Shown: positions 24,692-35,640, counted from the stretch's first letter. The stretch: 64,000 nucleotides of DNA from Hamiltosporidium tvaerminnensis FI-OER-3-3 (GCA_022605425.2 CM061254.1:558001-622000); one strand, 5' to 3'. Numbers and translations: made by a program. The notes: generated from the letters alone by a model not told the origin.

Positions 24692-25310
24692 TAGTAGTAG
24701 GGGGTTGGTTAGTAGTAGTAGTGAAGGGTAGTAGTAGTAGGGTTAGTATTAATAGGGGTATGGTAAAGGGGTGGTAGTAGTATAATAGTATTAGTAAAGG
24801 GTTGGTAGTAAAGGGTAGTAGTAAAGGGTAGTAGTAAAGGGTAGTAGTAAAGGGTAATGACTTATAGTGTTAGTAAAAAGTTAGTGTTAATAAAAGGGTT
24901 ATAATAAAGGGTACTTAGTATTAGTATAATGTACTTAAATTAGTGTTAATACTAACGGGTTAGTATAAGTAAAGGGTAAAATAAACGGATAGGGTTAGTA
25001 TTAGATAAGGGTAATGACTTATTTTTAATACTAAAGGGTAATGCCTTAAGGGTTATTACTAGTAAAGGGTAATAATAAAGGGATATGACTTAGTATTAGA
25101 TAAGGGTAATGCCTTAAGGGTTACTATTGGTAAAGGGTAATAATAAAGGGATATGACTTAGTATTAGATAAGGGTAATGTCTTAAGGGTTACTATTGGTA
25201 AAGGGTAATAATAAAGGGATATGACTTAGTATTAGATAAGGGTAATGCCTTAAGGGTTACTATTGGTAATGACTTAGTATTAGATAAGGGTAATGACGTA
25301 AGGGTTATAA
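24692..25310. repeat. G-rich satellite: (TAAAGGGTAGTAG)n and ~68-bp units
   Basis: Tandem units such as TAAAGGGTAATAATAAAGGGATATGACTTAGTATTAGATAAGGGTAATGCCTTAAGGG, repeated about three times. Confidence 0.85.
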
Positions 25311-25354
25311 TCTTAAGAATATAATTTACAGTAATAAAACATAAAATAATATCT

Positions 25355-25925
25355 ATTATTAAAACCCTTTAAATTCTTATATCTATATTATTAACACCCT
25401 TTAAATCTTATATCTTTATATCTTATTATTAACATCCTTTAAATCTTAAATCTTATATCTTATTATTTAACACCCTCTTCTATATCTTATTATTAACATC
25501 CTTTAAATCTTAAATCTTATATCTTATTATTTAACACCCTCTTCTATATCTTATTATTAACACCCTTTAAATCTTAAATCTTATATCTTATTATTTAACA
25601 CCCTTTAAATCTTATATCTTATTGTTTAACACCCTTTAAATCTTAAATCTTTATATCTTATTATTAACACCCTCTAACATATCATCACACTAACACCCTT
25701 TATGTCATTAAACCCCTATATCCTATTACTAACACCCTCTAACATATCATATTACTAACACCCTTTATATCTGTAAATCCCTATATCTATTACTACTAAA
25801 CAATAACTGTACTTATAACCAATATCTAACAATATCTACTAAATACAACAACCCACCTAATAATATCTACTAAATACAACCCACCTAATACCAATACTAA
25901 TAACCAACATATAACACCCCCCTTA
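25355..25925. repeat. C-rich satellite built on TAACACCC(T/C) and AAATCTTATATCTT units
   Basis: Direct reading; many TAACACCC words. Confidence 0.85.
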
Positions 25926-25934
25926 TATCATACA

Positions 25935-27026
25935 ATGTCACACTTCGAATCACAAAAAGTACACACCTTCTACAAAAACAACCACACACACTTCTCTAAT
26001 ACTAGATACACTATATGGCCATACATACGTACATTCTTATCTACTACATATAACCCTACACATTTAATACTTGATAATGGATGTGGTAATGGTAGATGTA
26101 TAATGTATAATAATATAATTGGTATGGATTATTCAAGAGAGTTACTCCAGCACATAACAAAGGGTAATAGTAGTAGGGATAGTAGTGTGTATGGTAGTGG
26201 TAGTGATGGGTATGGTAGTGGTAGTATGTATGGTAGTGGTAGTAGGGATATTAGTAGGGATATAAGTAATAAAGATAACAACTATATAAGTAATACTAAT
26301 ATAAGTAATACTAAAGATAATATAAGTAATACTAAAGATAATAGTACTTCCAACCCTTCTACTATTAACCCTACTACTTATAACCCTTCTACTAATAATA
26401 AAACTAATAATAATTTTCCTTCACCTCTTGATCTTCTTAGAGGTGACTGTCTTTATATACCCTTTAAGAATAATACTTATAATATTATAATATCAATAGC
26501 AGTATTACATCATATAAGTACATTAGAAAGACGTATTATATTTCTTAAAGAGATATATAGAATACTTAAATATAAAGGAATATGTCTTATAGGAGTATGG
26601 AGTATTAAACATAGAAATAACAAGAGGTTTATAGAGTGTAGTGGTGTGGGTGGTAGTGTGGGTGAGTGTGGTAGTGATAAAGGGTATGTTAATACTAGTA
26701 ATACCATAAGAGATACTACAGATAATATTAAAGATAATACCATAAGAGATATTAAAGATATTAAGGATATTAAAGATACTACTGATACTAAGGATAATAA
26801 CAACATATCAAATATTAAAGATACTAAGGATAATAACAACATATCAAATATTAAAGATATCCCCTTCTCTTATGGTGATGTATATGCTACTTGGAATAAT
26901 GTTAGTGTTAGATATGTACATCTATTTAATATTAAAGAGTTATGTGATATGTGTGTAAGTGTAGGATTTACTATAGAAGAGGTTATAGAAGAACATGAGA
27001 CATTATATGTAAGAATAAGGAAGTAA
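25935..27026 (+). CDS. TRM9: tRNA wobble-uridine methyltransferase Trm9/ALKBH8-type, with two low-complexity insertions
   Basis: FE..KVHTFY...HFSNTRY.IWP, SAM motif LDNGCGNG, GMDYS, GDCLYIPF, ISIAVLHHI, VW, DVYATW and RYVHLF...EL. Confidence 0.88.
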   Translation: MSHFESQKVHTFYKNNHTHFSNTRYTIWPYIRTFLSTTYNPTHLILDNGCGNGRCIMYNNIIGMDYSRELLQHITKGNSSRDSSVYGSGSDGYGSGSMYGSGSRDISRDISNKDNNYISNTNISNTKDNISNTKDNSTSNPSTINPTTYNPSTNNKTNNNFPSPLDLLRGDCLYIPFKNNTYNIIISIAVLHHISTLERRIIFLKEIYRILKYKGICLIGVWSIKHRNNKRFIECSGVGGSVGECGSDKGYVNTSNTIRDTTDNIKDNTIRDIKDIKDIKDTTDTKDNNNISNIKDTKDNNNISNIKDIPFSYGDVYATWNNVSVRYVHLFNIKELCDMCVSVGFTIEEVIEEHETLYVRIRK

Positions 27027-27395
27027 GGGGTGTTAGTATAGAAGAGGTAATAGAGGAACATGAGACATTATATGTAAGAATAAGGAAGTAAGAGGGTGTT
27101 AGTTATAAGTAGTAGTAGGGTTAGGAAGTAAGGGGTGTTAGTAGTAGGGTTAGGAAGTAAGAGGGTGTTAGTAGTAGGGTTAGGAAGTAAGAGGGTGTTA
27201 GTAGTAGGGTTAGGAAGTAAGGGGTGTTAGTTATAAGTAGTAGTAGGGTTAGGAAGTAAGAGGGTGTTAGTAGTAGGGTTAGGAAGTAAGGGGTGTTAGT
27301 TATAAGTATTAGTAAGGTTAGGAAGTAAGAGGGTGTTAGTAGTAGGGTTAGGAAGTAAAGGGTGTTAGTAGTAGTAGGAAGTAAAGGGTGTTAGT
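26972..27395 (+). repeat. Duplication of the TRM9 3' end followed by a (AGTAGGGTTAGGAAGTAAG[A]GGGTGTTAGT)n satellite
   Basis: About 65 bp including the last codons and stop are repeated immediately downstream. About nine shorter units retaining AGGAAGTAA follow. Confidence 0.9.
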
Positions 27396-27615
27396 ATTAT
27401 ACTATATCTTAGCTAGTGTTATTATTAAAGTATTTAATAAGAAGTATTTATTTAGATTCCTTTTGTTCAGATACCTTTTAATTCCAGTACTTTTAATATT
27501 GGCTAGGGTTAACCTTGGTATTGCATAAGATACCTTTTAATATTGAGTTAGGGCTATCTTATTTAAATACCTTTTAATCATAGTACTTTTAATATTGGTT
27601 AGGGTTAGTATTTAT

Positions 27616-29761
27616 TGTCACGGGCCAATAAACTCCCCCATGTCCAATAGAACCCCCGTTATTTCCTATACATTTTAAATCTTGATAACACCCTTTATTT
27701 TTACATATAGCCTTTAATTTCTATATCCTTAGAACGAATTTATTCCCCTTATTCGTATAAACCTTCTTATTTTAGTTTCATTTCCGATATTTCTTATCCA
27801 TCCTTTTTTAACATTTCTTTTGTATAAACAAAAAGGATGTGTTAATTATGAATAAAATATCCAATGAAATTTATATTTTTCTTTTGAGTTCTTTTTTTGC
27901 TTTTTCGGTTTTTTGCACTTGTTAGTATTTGTAAAGCAAAATTTCGTAGTAGAATTTGATACAGGCACTAAACAACATATCATTGTGTATAAATTCATTT
28001 AATGCTTTCATATTATTTGTCTTTTTTCTTAGTATTCATTTTATATATATATAAAAATATAATGTAACCAAAATGCCAAAGAATGTAAGTTGTAAAAATC
28101 GGCAAGAAAAAGAAATTCTTACTGCATATTTAAAAACCGGTCAGTATCCAACTGCGTATTACAAAGAAGAAAAGAGGTTGTTGAGCCATAACATTTTACT
28201 TGGCTCGGAGATGATATTTGTTTTAAAAGACGCGAACATCTAATAAAAGCCGTTTTTGGATTTGAAACTGCCCTGATTAAAAAAATTATTCAAACAAAGC
28301 ATGCTGTTGCCCACATCGGAGTAAATAAAATGATGGCTTTGATTGTACAAAAATACTATGGGATTCCCAAGGAATATATAAAAGAGTATGTAAAAGAGTG
28401 TGAAGCATATAGTCAATTCAATTCTCTAAAAACAATTCAGCCAATATATATAAATCATATTGCCAAAAAATATGATCTATTTATGATGGATTGTGTAGAT
28501 CTCAGGCGATATAGTGATCAAAATGATCAATATAGCTAGATTCTTAATGTAATCGACACATACACAAAACATCTCTACTGTTTTAAGCTGATCAATAAAA
28601 CTTCGGAATTAGTAAGAGATTCATTGAAATTTTTATTTAACAACTTCGGTGTCCCAGTGGCAATACAATCCGATAACAGTCGAAAGTTTAAAAATGCACT
28701 ACTTGAAGTATTTTTAACAGATCTTAACATCAAAATTATACATGGAAGACCACGCAATCCAAAGGCGCAAGGTCAAATAGAACGTGTAAATCGGACCATA
28801 AAAAGATCGCTAGCGAAGAAATTGCATGATACAGGTGGAAGAACGGGGATTGAAGATCTTAATAATTTTATTTATGCATATAACAGATCAGTATATAGTG
28901 CAAAAAACAAATCTCTATTTATGCATTTCTTCGAACAACCAGGTTTTAACAATCCACTTTCTAGAAGCATAATAGTTGAAAACGAAGCCAGTACGATAGT
29001 GCCTGCTATTGATATAGATCCTGATATAGTTTTAGTCGAAGAAAATGCAGCGGATACACAATGGATCTTGGAAATCGCCTCGGATGTACATGAAGAATTT
29101 ACTGAAACGGTGACTACCACAACCACTATAAAAGCTGATGATCGCGAAATCGATAGTAAGATTCGTTCGGATGTGGCTAAGCATTTTAAAAACTATAGAG
29201 AAAGAATTATAGAAAGCAATAATTCAAATAGACTCAAGAAAGATTTGTCGATTGGAAATCAAGTTTTATTAAAAAAAATGACTTCGATATAAATATTAAA
29301 ACTAAAAGAGCGCCTTTTGACTCTTTTTACGATAATTCGGTTTTTACAATTACCGGTATTTTGATGAACAACATGATTGAAGGAAAAAACAATGATGGTG
29401 ACACAAGAACAGTTTTTAGAAGCGTAATAAAACGAGTTTAATTTAGTTTACTTTGCAATTATTATAGTTATTTTTTATTATTTGAGTATTATCATTCTAG
29501 TTTTTATTTTTATTCTGGCAAAACTTGAAATATTTTTTTTGGCAGGAAATTCAAGTTAAAAACTATATAAGCATTTTTTTAAGAGAACCCCTATTAAATT
29601 TAGTGATTAATCACTTCCTTTTTTCCAATATATGGCCCTTGGATAAAATATATGAAAATAACCGAGGTTCTATAAATCGTTAGAAAATAACAGGGGTTCT
29701 ATAAATCATTAGAAATAACAGGGGTTCTATTGGACATGGGGGGGTTTATTAGCCCGTGACA
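27616..29761 (+). mobile_element. Ginger/TDD-like DNA transposon (Gypsy-type integrase between TIRs)
   Basis: TGT...ACA termini and ~50-bp TIRs (TGTCACGGGCCAATAAACTCCCCCATGTCCAATAGAACCCC...). Three subterminal ~30-bp repeats at the right end. No RT or LTRs. TSD unclear (TTTAT/ATTAT). Confidence 0.85.
28073..29441 (+). pseudogene. Disrupted integrase/transposase (HHCC-like + DDE core)
   Basis: HAVAHIG...CEAY, MDCVDL, IDTYTK, IQSDNSRKF and HGRPRNPKAQGQIERVN. Frameshifts near 28190 and 29280 and a TAG at 28537-28539. Confidence 0.82.
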
Positions 29762-30029
29762 ATTATTAGTTAAAGGGTATATAAGTTATACTTTAATTAC
29801 TAGTATTTATTAGTTAGAGGGTAATATATAAGCCATACTTTAATTACTAGTATCTATTAAAGTATCTTGTATTATTAAAGTATCTATTATTAATTATGTT
29901 TTATTAAAAAGGGTTAGTATAGTATTATATCTACTTCCTATTTATCCACTTCTTATTAAGAGGTATACTATTTAATATTATTAAAGTATTAAGTATTCAT
30001 AAACCTACTTTTAAATATACTTCTTACTA

Positions 30030-30535
30030 AAGTATCTCTTAATTATTAGTATTTATAGTATTACCTCTTAATTATTAGTATTTATAGTATTACCTCTTAA
30101 TTATTAGTATTTATAGTATTACATTGAAATTTATATGTAATTTTATTAAAGTATTATTTATTAGTACTTATAAGAGTTATTAAACATAAGGTATATCTTA
30201 TAAAGATACTTCTTATTAAACACCTTATAACATATAGTAATATATAAAGTATACCTTATAACTAATAGTAATATATAAAGATACTTCTTATTAACATATA
30301 GTAATATAAATCTTAACATATAATAAATAAATAATTACAAACAATTTAATACGTCATATTCCTATATACGTCATATTCCTATATACTTCACATTCTTATA
30401 TACCAAAAGATATCTTAAAATATAATAGATATAGTACTAACACTACTATTATTCCCTATCTTTAATACTACTAACCCTACTACGCATACTAAGATACTAA
30501 CCCTACTAAGATACTAACCCTACTTACCCTACTAC
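30030..30535. repeat. Tandem repeats downstream of the mutase gene (CTCTTAATTATTAGTATTTATAGTATTAC x3; CTAACCCTACT units)
   Basis: Direct reading of the sequence. Confidence 0.8.
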
Positions 30536-32959
30536 CTAATACACTATCTCAGGGTGCGGTCCTATTCCACCACACAAGTCATAAACATCCTGTGCCACAC
30601 ATAACACTATCTTATCACACTCCTCTACACTTCTACACTCTACATACACACGTATACATTCCTCAGTACCACTAGGTCTTATATATACTCTTATTACTTC
30701 TTTCTGTAAACATATTTGTTCTACTCTTCTCTTCAACTCAACAGGTTCAAGAACATTAGAAGATAGTTTGTTAGTATCTAACCTACTATCTAATCTATTA
30801 CTATCTAACCTACTATCTATTCTATTACTATCTATTCTGTTAGTATTACTTCTATCCCTACTACTATCTAACCTATCCCTACTACTATCCCTACTACTAT
30901 CCAATCTATCCCTACTACTATCTAATCTACCACTATCCCTACTACTATCCCCAATACCACTACTTATCCCTACCTTTAATACTGACTTATTCTTAACTGG
31001 TATACATATTAACCTATTAGGATATTTTAAATATAAAGAGTTTAATTTATAAAAATCTTCTTTTTTAAAAAGTAAATTTATAATAAGAAAGTTACTTAAA
31101 GCATCACCGATACAAGGATCAAAGAAGAGAGACAAGATATTAAGAATAGTGTTATTACTATGTTGGTTGTTTGGAGGGGTATTACTTAGAGGGGTGTTAC
31201 TTATTAAGGTATTTACCTCTGAACCCTTATTACCTCTTACCTCTGAACTATCTACCAATGAAGTATTACTATCTATACCCAAACTACTATCCACACCCCT
31301 AACTATACCACCCTCAACCACACTACCACCAACTATACCCACACCACTACCTATCATACCCCTTACTCTCTCACTAAATATTACACTTCCATGTCCGTTA
31401 CTCTCAAAATATATACCAATATCATATAACCGTGCTGCTTTTACTAAATTCTTAACACCTGTATTAACAATACTTACTTTATATCCTTTATTATATAAAA
31501 AGTCTAATAATGAAGTATTAGAGTAATAAGTAAGTATTATACCACATGTTATATCTGTATTATTAATAAGTGTATATATATAAGTAATAAGAAGAACAGC
31601 AAGACTATCACCATCAATAACCGATATATTATTTATATTAGTGTTTGATATGGGTGTGTTTATATTATCTTTAGTATTATTAGTATTATTACTTATATTA
31701 TTCTTATTAGTATTATTAGTATTAGTATTAGTATTATCCTTATTAGCATTACTTATATTATTCTTATCTTTAGTATTATCTTTATCCTTATTAGTATTAT
31801 TACTTATATTATCTTTATCCTTATTAGTATTACTATTATTATCCCTATTACTACTACCATCCCTATTACTACCCTCTCCCCTATTACTACTGTAGAAATA
31901 CACTATACGGTCTGCATCACCATCAAAGGATGCACATAGATCTATATCATATATACATGTATTAATATTAAAAGGTGGTAAATTATATGTTTTAATATAA
32001 TCAGAACCACATTTATAATTTAAAGGTCCTTTTTTATTTATTATATGGTAATTTAACGGTATTTTATTTTTTAAGTATAATAGTTTATATTCTATAACAC
32101 CATTAGAGGTATCAACATAAGTAGTAAGAGGGGTGGTATTAGGGTTGTTTACTTCTTCTTCTATAATACTGTTCTTATCTATACTATTTCTATCTATAAT
32201 ACTGTTCTTATCTATACTATTTCTATCTATACTATCTATTATATTATCTGTTATATTATCTTTATCTATATTATTATCTCTATCTAATTTATTATCTCTA
32301 TCTCCATCCCTATTTCCATCACTTTTATTATCCCTATCGTTTAGTGCTTGTTTGAGTTGGGTGTAGAGGTTGGTGAGGTGGTCGAGGTATGAGTTTTTTG
32401 GTGGTAGGGTGGAGAGAAGATTAGAGTGTCTGACAAGAAAATGTAATTCGGGGGTGGTAGTTAGTTGATAATTAGTTATCTGTATATTAAAAGATTCTAA
32501 AGTATCATATATATTCTGTATGAGTGTAGTGTGTGAGGGGCGGGTGTCGTGGCCGAGGATAAGGGAGGCACGGGGGCCGTCGCCAATATCTCGCATGTTT
32601 CCGTATTTACGGTGTGCGCGGTTAATAACGGTATAAAAGTCTTTATCTTCGCTGTTAACGATTTCGTCGCATAGTTTTTCCCATGTTTCGTCGAACATGT
32701 CGCCGTTATGGTCGATAAATTTTATTCCGTTTTGGTCTTCGGGGTTGTGTGAGGCGGTAAGCATTATACCGATGTTTTTGCCGGCAAATGTTGTGGAACG
32801 GAGGTATGCTATTAAGGCGCAGCGTGATACTATGGGTGGAAGGAGTGATGCGTGTGCTCTGTAGCCGGCTGTGCCGTAAAAGAGGGGTTTTTGGGGTTTT
32901 GTGAGGTTTTTTGGGAGTGGTGTGAGATAGGTTAGTATTTCTTTTTTTGAAAGTGGCAT
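30536..32959 (-). CDS. PCM1: Phosphoacetylglucosamine mutase (AGM1/PCM1/PGM3) with four large low-complexity insertions
   Basis: YGTAGYR, catalytic MLTASHNP, metal loop FDGDADR, sugar-binding YFESNGHG, GDALS and RPSGTE...RVYVE motifs. Confidence 0.92.
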   Translation of the reverse strand: MPLSKKEILTYLTPLPKNLTKPQKPLFYGTAGYRAHASLLPPIVSRCALIAYLRSTTFAGKNIGIMLTASHNPEDQNGIKFIDHNGDMFDETWEKLCDEIVNSEDKDFYTVINRAHRKYGNMRDIGDGPRASLILGHDTRPSHTTLIQNIYDTLESFNIQITNYQLTTTPELHFLVRHSNLLSTLPPKNSYLDHLTNLYTQLKQALNDRDNKSDGNRDGDRDNKLDRDNNIDKDNITDNIIDSIDRNSIDKNSIIDRNSIDKNSIIEEEVNNPNTTPLTTYVDTSNGVIEYKLLYLKNKIPLNYHIINKKGPLNYKCGSDYIKTYNLPPFNINTCIYDIDLCASFDGDADRIVYFYSSNRGEGSNRDGSSNRDNNSNTNKDKDNISNNTNKDKDNTKDKNNISNANKDNTNTNTNNTNKNNISNNTNNTKDNINTPISNTNINNISVIDGDSLAVLLITYIYTLINNTDITCGIILTYYSNTSLLDFLYNKGYKVSIVNTGVKNLVKAARLYDIGIYFESNGHGSVIFSERVRGMIGSGVGIVGGSVVEGGIVRGVDSSLGIDSNTSLVDSSEVRGNKGSEVNTLISNTPLSNTPPNNQHSNNTILNILSLFFDPCIGDALSNFLIINLLFKKEDFYKLNSLYLKYPNRLICIPVKNKSVLKVGISSGIGDSSRDSGRLDSSRDRLDSSRDSSRDRLDSSRDRSNTNRIDSNRIDSRLDSNRLDSRLDTNKLSSNVLEPVELKRRVEQICLQKEVIRVYIRPSGTEECIRVYVECRSVEECDKIVLCVAQDVYDLCGGIGPHPEIVY

Positions 32960-34189
32960 TTTTAAGGGTTTAAAAAATGAAGGGGATTTATAATATTTTG
33001 AGGTTGGGGGTGGCTTTAATTTATTATTGGATGGTGTGGGTTTATAATTTTAAGGTGGGGATTTATAATATTTTGAGGTGGTTTAAAAATTTTGAGATGC
33101 TCTGGGTTTAATTTATTATTTTGAGATATTTAATTATTGAATAGTATGAGTTTAACGAATTATTTAGTGGTATTTAATTATTGGATGGGTTTATAAATTT
33201 ATTTTAAAGGTATTTAATTATTTGGTGATATTTTACTTGGAGATGTTTAATGAGAAGGAAGGACTTGTCTTAAATAAACCTGTAACTTATTTAAATATTA
33301 AGTGTTTTTTTACAATATTCTTATGTTTATAAAAGAATATGAAATGATAGTGAATTATAAGGTATAAAACACAATGGTGATTTAAGAGGGTTTATTAGGA
33401 AAGAATACTATGAAAGATATTGTTTAAAAAAATATGAAATATTGATGAAAATATATATTTAAAATGATATTTTTTTAAAACAGTGGCATGTATTATATTA
33501 TTTTGAAATAAAATAATTTTGGTTTGGGAAGAATGATGATCTTCTACTAATACTTCATAATATTCGTTAGATACTTATATTTTGAGGCTTTTTGTATACA
33601 GATGTTTGGAAGTATTAAATTAGTGTGTAAATTTTGAAAGTTAGTTTATGTCTGTTTTCTGGTGTGTGATAGTGGATCGAAACTTATCCTGGTCTCACCA
33701 AGAACTATGCAGCATTTCTTTTTGGTTTATATTTTCAAACCACAATAAACTTCTAGGTAAGATATATCTCGATGACTTACATTGTGTCATTTTAAAAAAC
33801 CAGTGTAATATCAACTGGTATGACATACTATTTAGCCTTTCTGGGTCAGAGGTGGTTTTGTTTTTGAATTTTCTAAACGCTAAAGTCTTCTGAACTATGT
33901 GAGCAAGGCTAGGTTTCTATGATTTTAAATGGTCATTATCTAAAATCTCAATCGTGGTTTTTAATCTTGTTTCATAAAAAACTACAAAGTTTTTTTTTGA
34001 AAATGTCTTACTTTTTGTAGACCTCTTTCTACTCTAACGAAATCTCCTAGACAACAGAATGTATAGTTTGGTTCACATTTTAAGACTCTAAAATATGATT
34101 TTTACACATTTTATCTACTCATTGATAAGCAAAAGAATTATATTATTCACTCTCAATCATTATATAAGTGTAAAGAGAAAAAAATATCT

Positions 34190-34400
34190 TAAATCCTTTA
34201 AAAGTTCTAATCTGGAGAGAAAAAAAATATAATTTTAGAAAAAATATTTCTTTAAAAGTTCTAATTTAGAAAGAAAAAAAATATAATTCTTGAAAAAATA
34301 TTTCTTTAAATGTTCTAATCTGGAGAGAATAATATTTCTTTAAAGTGCAAAGTAAAAAAAAATATCAAATAAATTTTTAGAAAAATAATTCTTTAAAAGT
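34190..34400. repeat. Degenerate tandem repeat (TTTCTTTAAAAGTTCTAATCTGGAGAGAAAAAAAATATAAT-like units)
   Basis: About four diverged copies visible. Confidence 0.6.
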
Positions 34401-34652
34401 TCAAATCAAAAAGAAGAAATATATAAAATGAAATAAGTGAGTAAATAATATTAGAAATAGAACTATTGTTATACTAAGAAGTATATTTAAATCTGATAAT
34501 ATAAATTTTTTGTTATTCATGTAATTTAAAATTCATATTGGAATAAGAATTTTTATTTTAGTGTAATAATAATTTCTATTATTGAATATGAAAAAAATAG
34601 GATTTCTATATATAGAATATTTTATATTTATGTAATTCTACATAATATATCC

Positions 34653-35120
34653 ATGTTTTTTATTTATATATGTTTTTTTGCTGAAATTTCAAAAAATACT
34701 ATGGTTGGTAATGGACTAGAATATATGTATGAAAATATAAGTGATAACGAGGAAGACTATATTTCTTTGTCGAAATCAGATGATGAAAGAACATTTGGAA
34801 CCATTTCTGGGGTGTGTGTTACAGTCTACCAAATAGATGATAATATTTATTTTCGATTGAAAATATTAGATTATAAACTAAAATTAGCAAGTGAAAAGTT
34901 TCAGATTAATAGCCTAAGATCTGATATAATCAACCTTTGGTCTGCGCCAACGGAAATATACAAGCAATTTTTTCTTAATAAGTTCTATAAAAAGTTTTTA
35001 ATTATAAAAAAAGATTTACAAGAAAAAAAAATAGACAAAAAGAACATTATTCTATATGAGACATTAATGAATGCAATCGAAGGATATCTTAATGTTATAA
35101 ACGATTACAGTTTTGTCTAA
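34653..35120 (+). CDS. Hypothetical protein, possibly secreted
   Basis: 155-aa ATG-initiated ORF preceded by CC, with a short hydrophobic N-terminus. No recognisable motif. Confidence 0.45.
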   Translation: MFFIYICFFAEISKNTMVGNGLEYMYENISDNEEDYISLSKSDDERTFGTISGVCVTVYQIDDNIYFRLKILDYKLKLASEKFQINSLRSDIINLWSAPTEIYKQFFLNKFYKKFLIIKKDLQEKKIDKKNIILYETLMNAIEGYLNVINDYSFV

Positions 35121-35185
35121 TAAAGGTTTTCATATTTTTTTTCGTATTAGAGTTTATTACTTAGATTACTTTTTCAATATCTATA

Positions 35186-35640
35186 ACCTTTCGGTGTAAA
35201 GATGAACAAATGAAGGTTTACAATATGTTCCGTCGGTCTGTTAAATTTCCGAATTATGGTGATCAGTCTATAGATCTTGTGTAGTTTATATCCCACCAAA
35301 ATGGCAAAAATTATCTTTTACACCATTTTAAGTTAGTTTTGTCAAGCAGATAATTTTTAATGTGGTTATCATCTCTCAATTTTTAGTTAAATTTCTATAT
35401 TTACAATACTTACTATTTCATTCCTCTTTTACCTTTCGTGTCGAGGATGAACAAATGAAAATTCCCCATTTGTTTCATTTAATAGGGGGAAACTCGGGAT
35501 TATAGGAGCTTAGTCTATAGATCTAGTGTGGTTTATATTCCAAAAAAATAACAAAAATTAATTTCACACCAATTCTACGTACTCATTACCAACCAGATAG
35601 TTTTTAATGTAATTATACTCTCTTCACCTTAGATGTTAAA
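35186..35640. repeat. Diverged ~245-bp tandem duplication
   Basis: ACCTTTCG..GATGAACAAATGAA, GTCTATAGATCT.GTG..GTTTATAT and CAGATA.TTTTTAATGT recur at ~245-bp spacing. Confidence 0.75.

Noticed and set aside
27030-27395. CRISPR array or true telomere
   Set aside because: Units are contiguous with no unique spacers, the context is eukaryotic with no cas genes, the position is internal and the units are complex rather than a pure telomeric repeat.
30768-32366. Leu/Ser-rich antisense ORFs over the mutase (also over TRM9 and PSF2)
   Set aside because: They are shadows of the low-complexity inserts on the opposite strand, with no independent coding signal.
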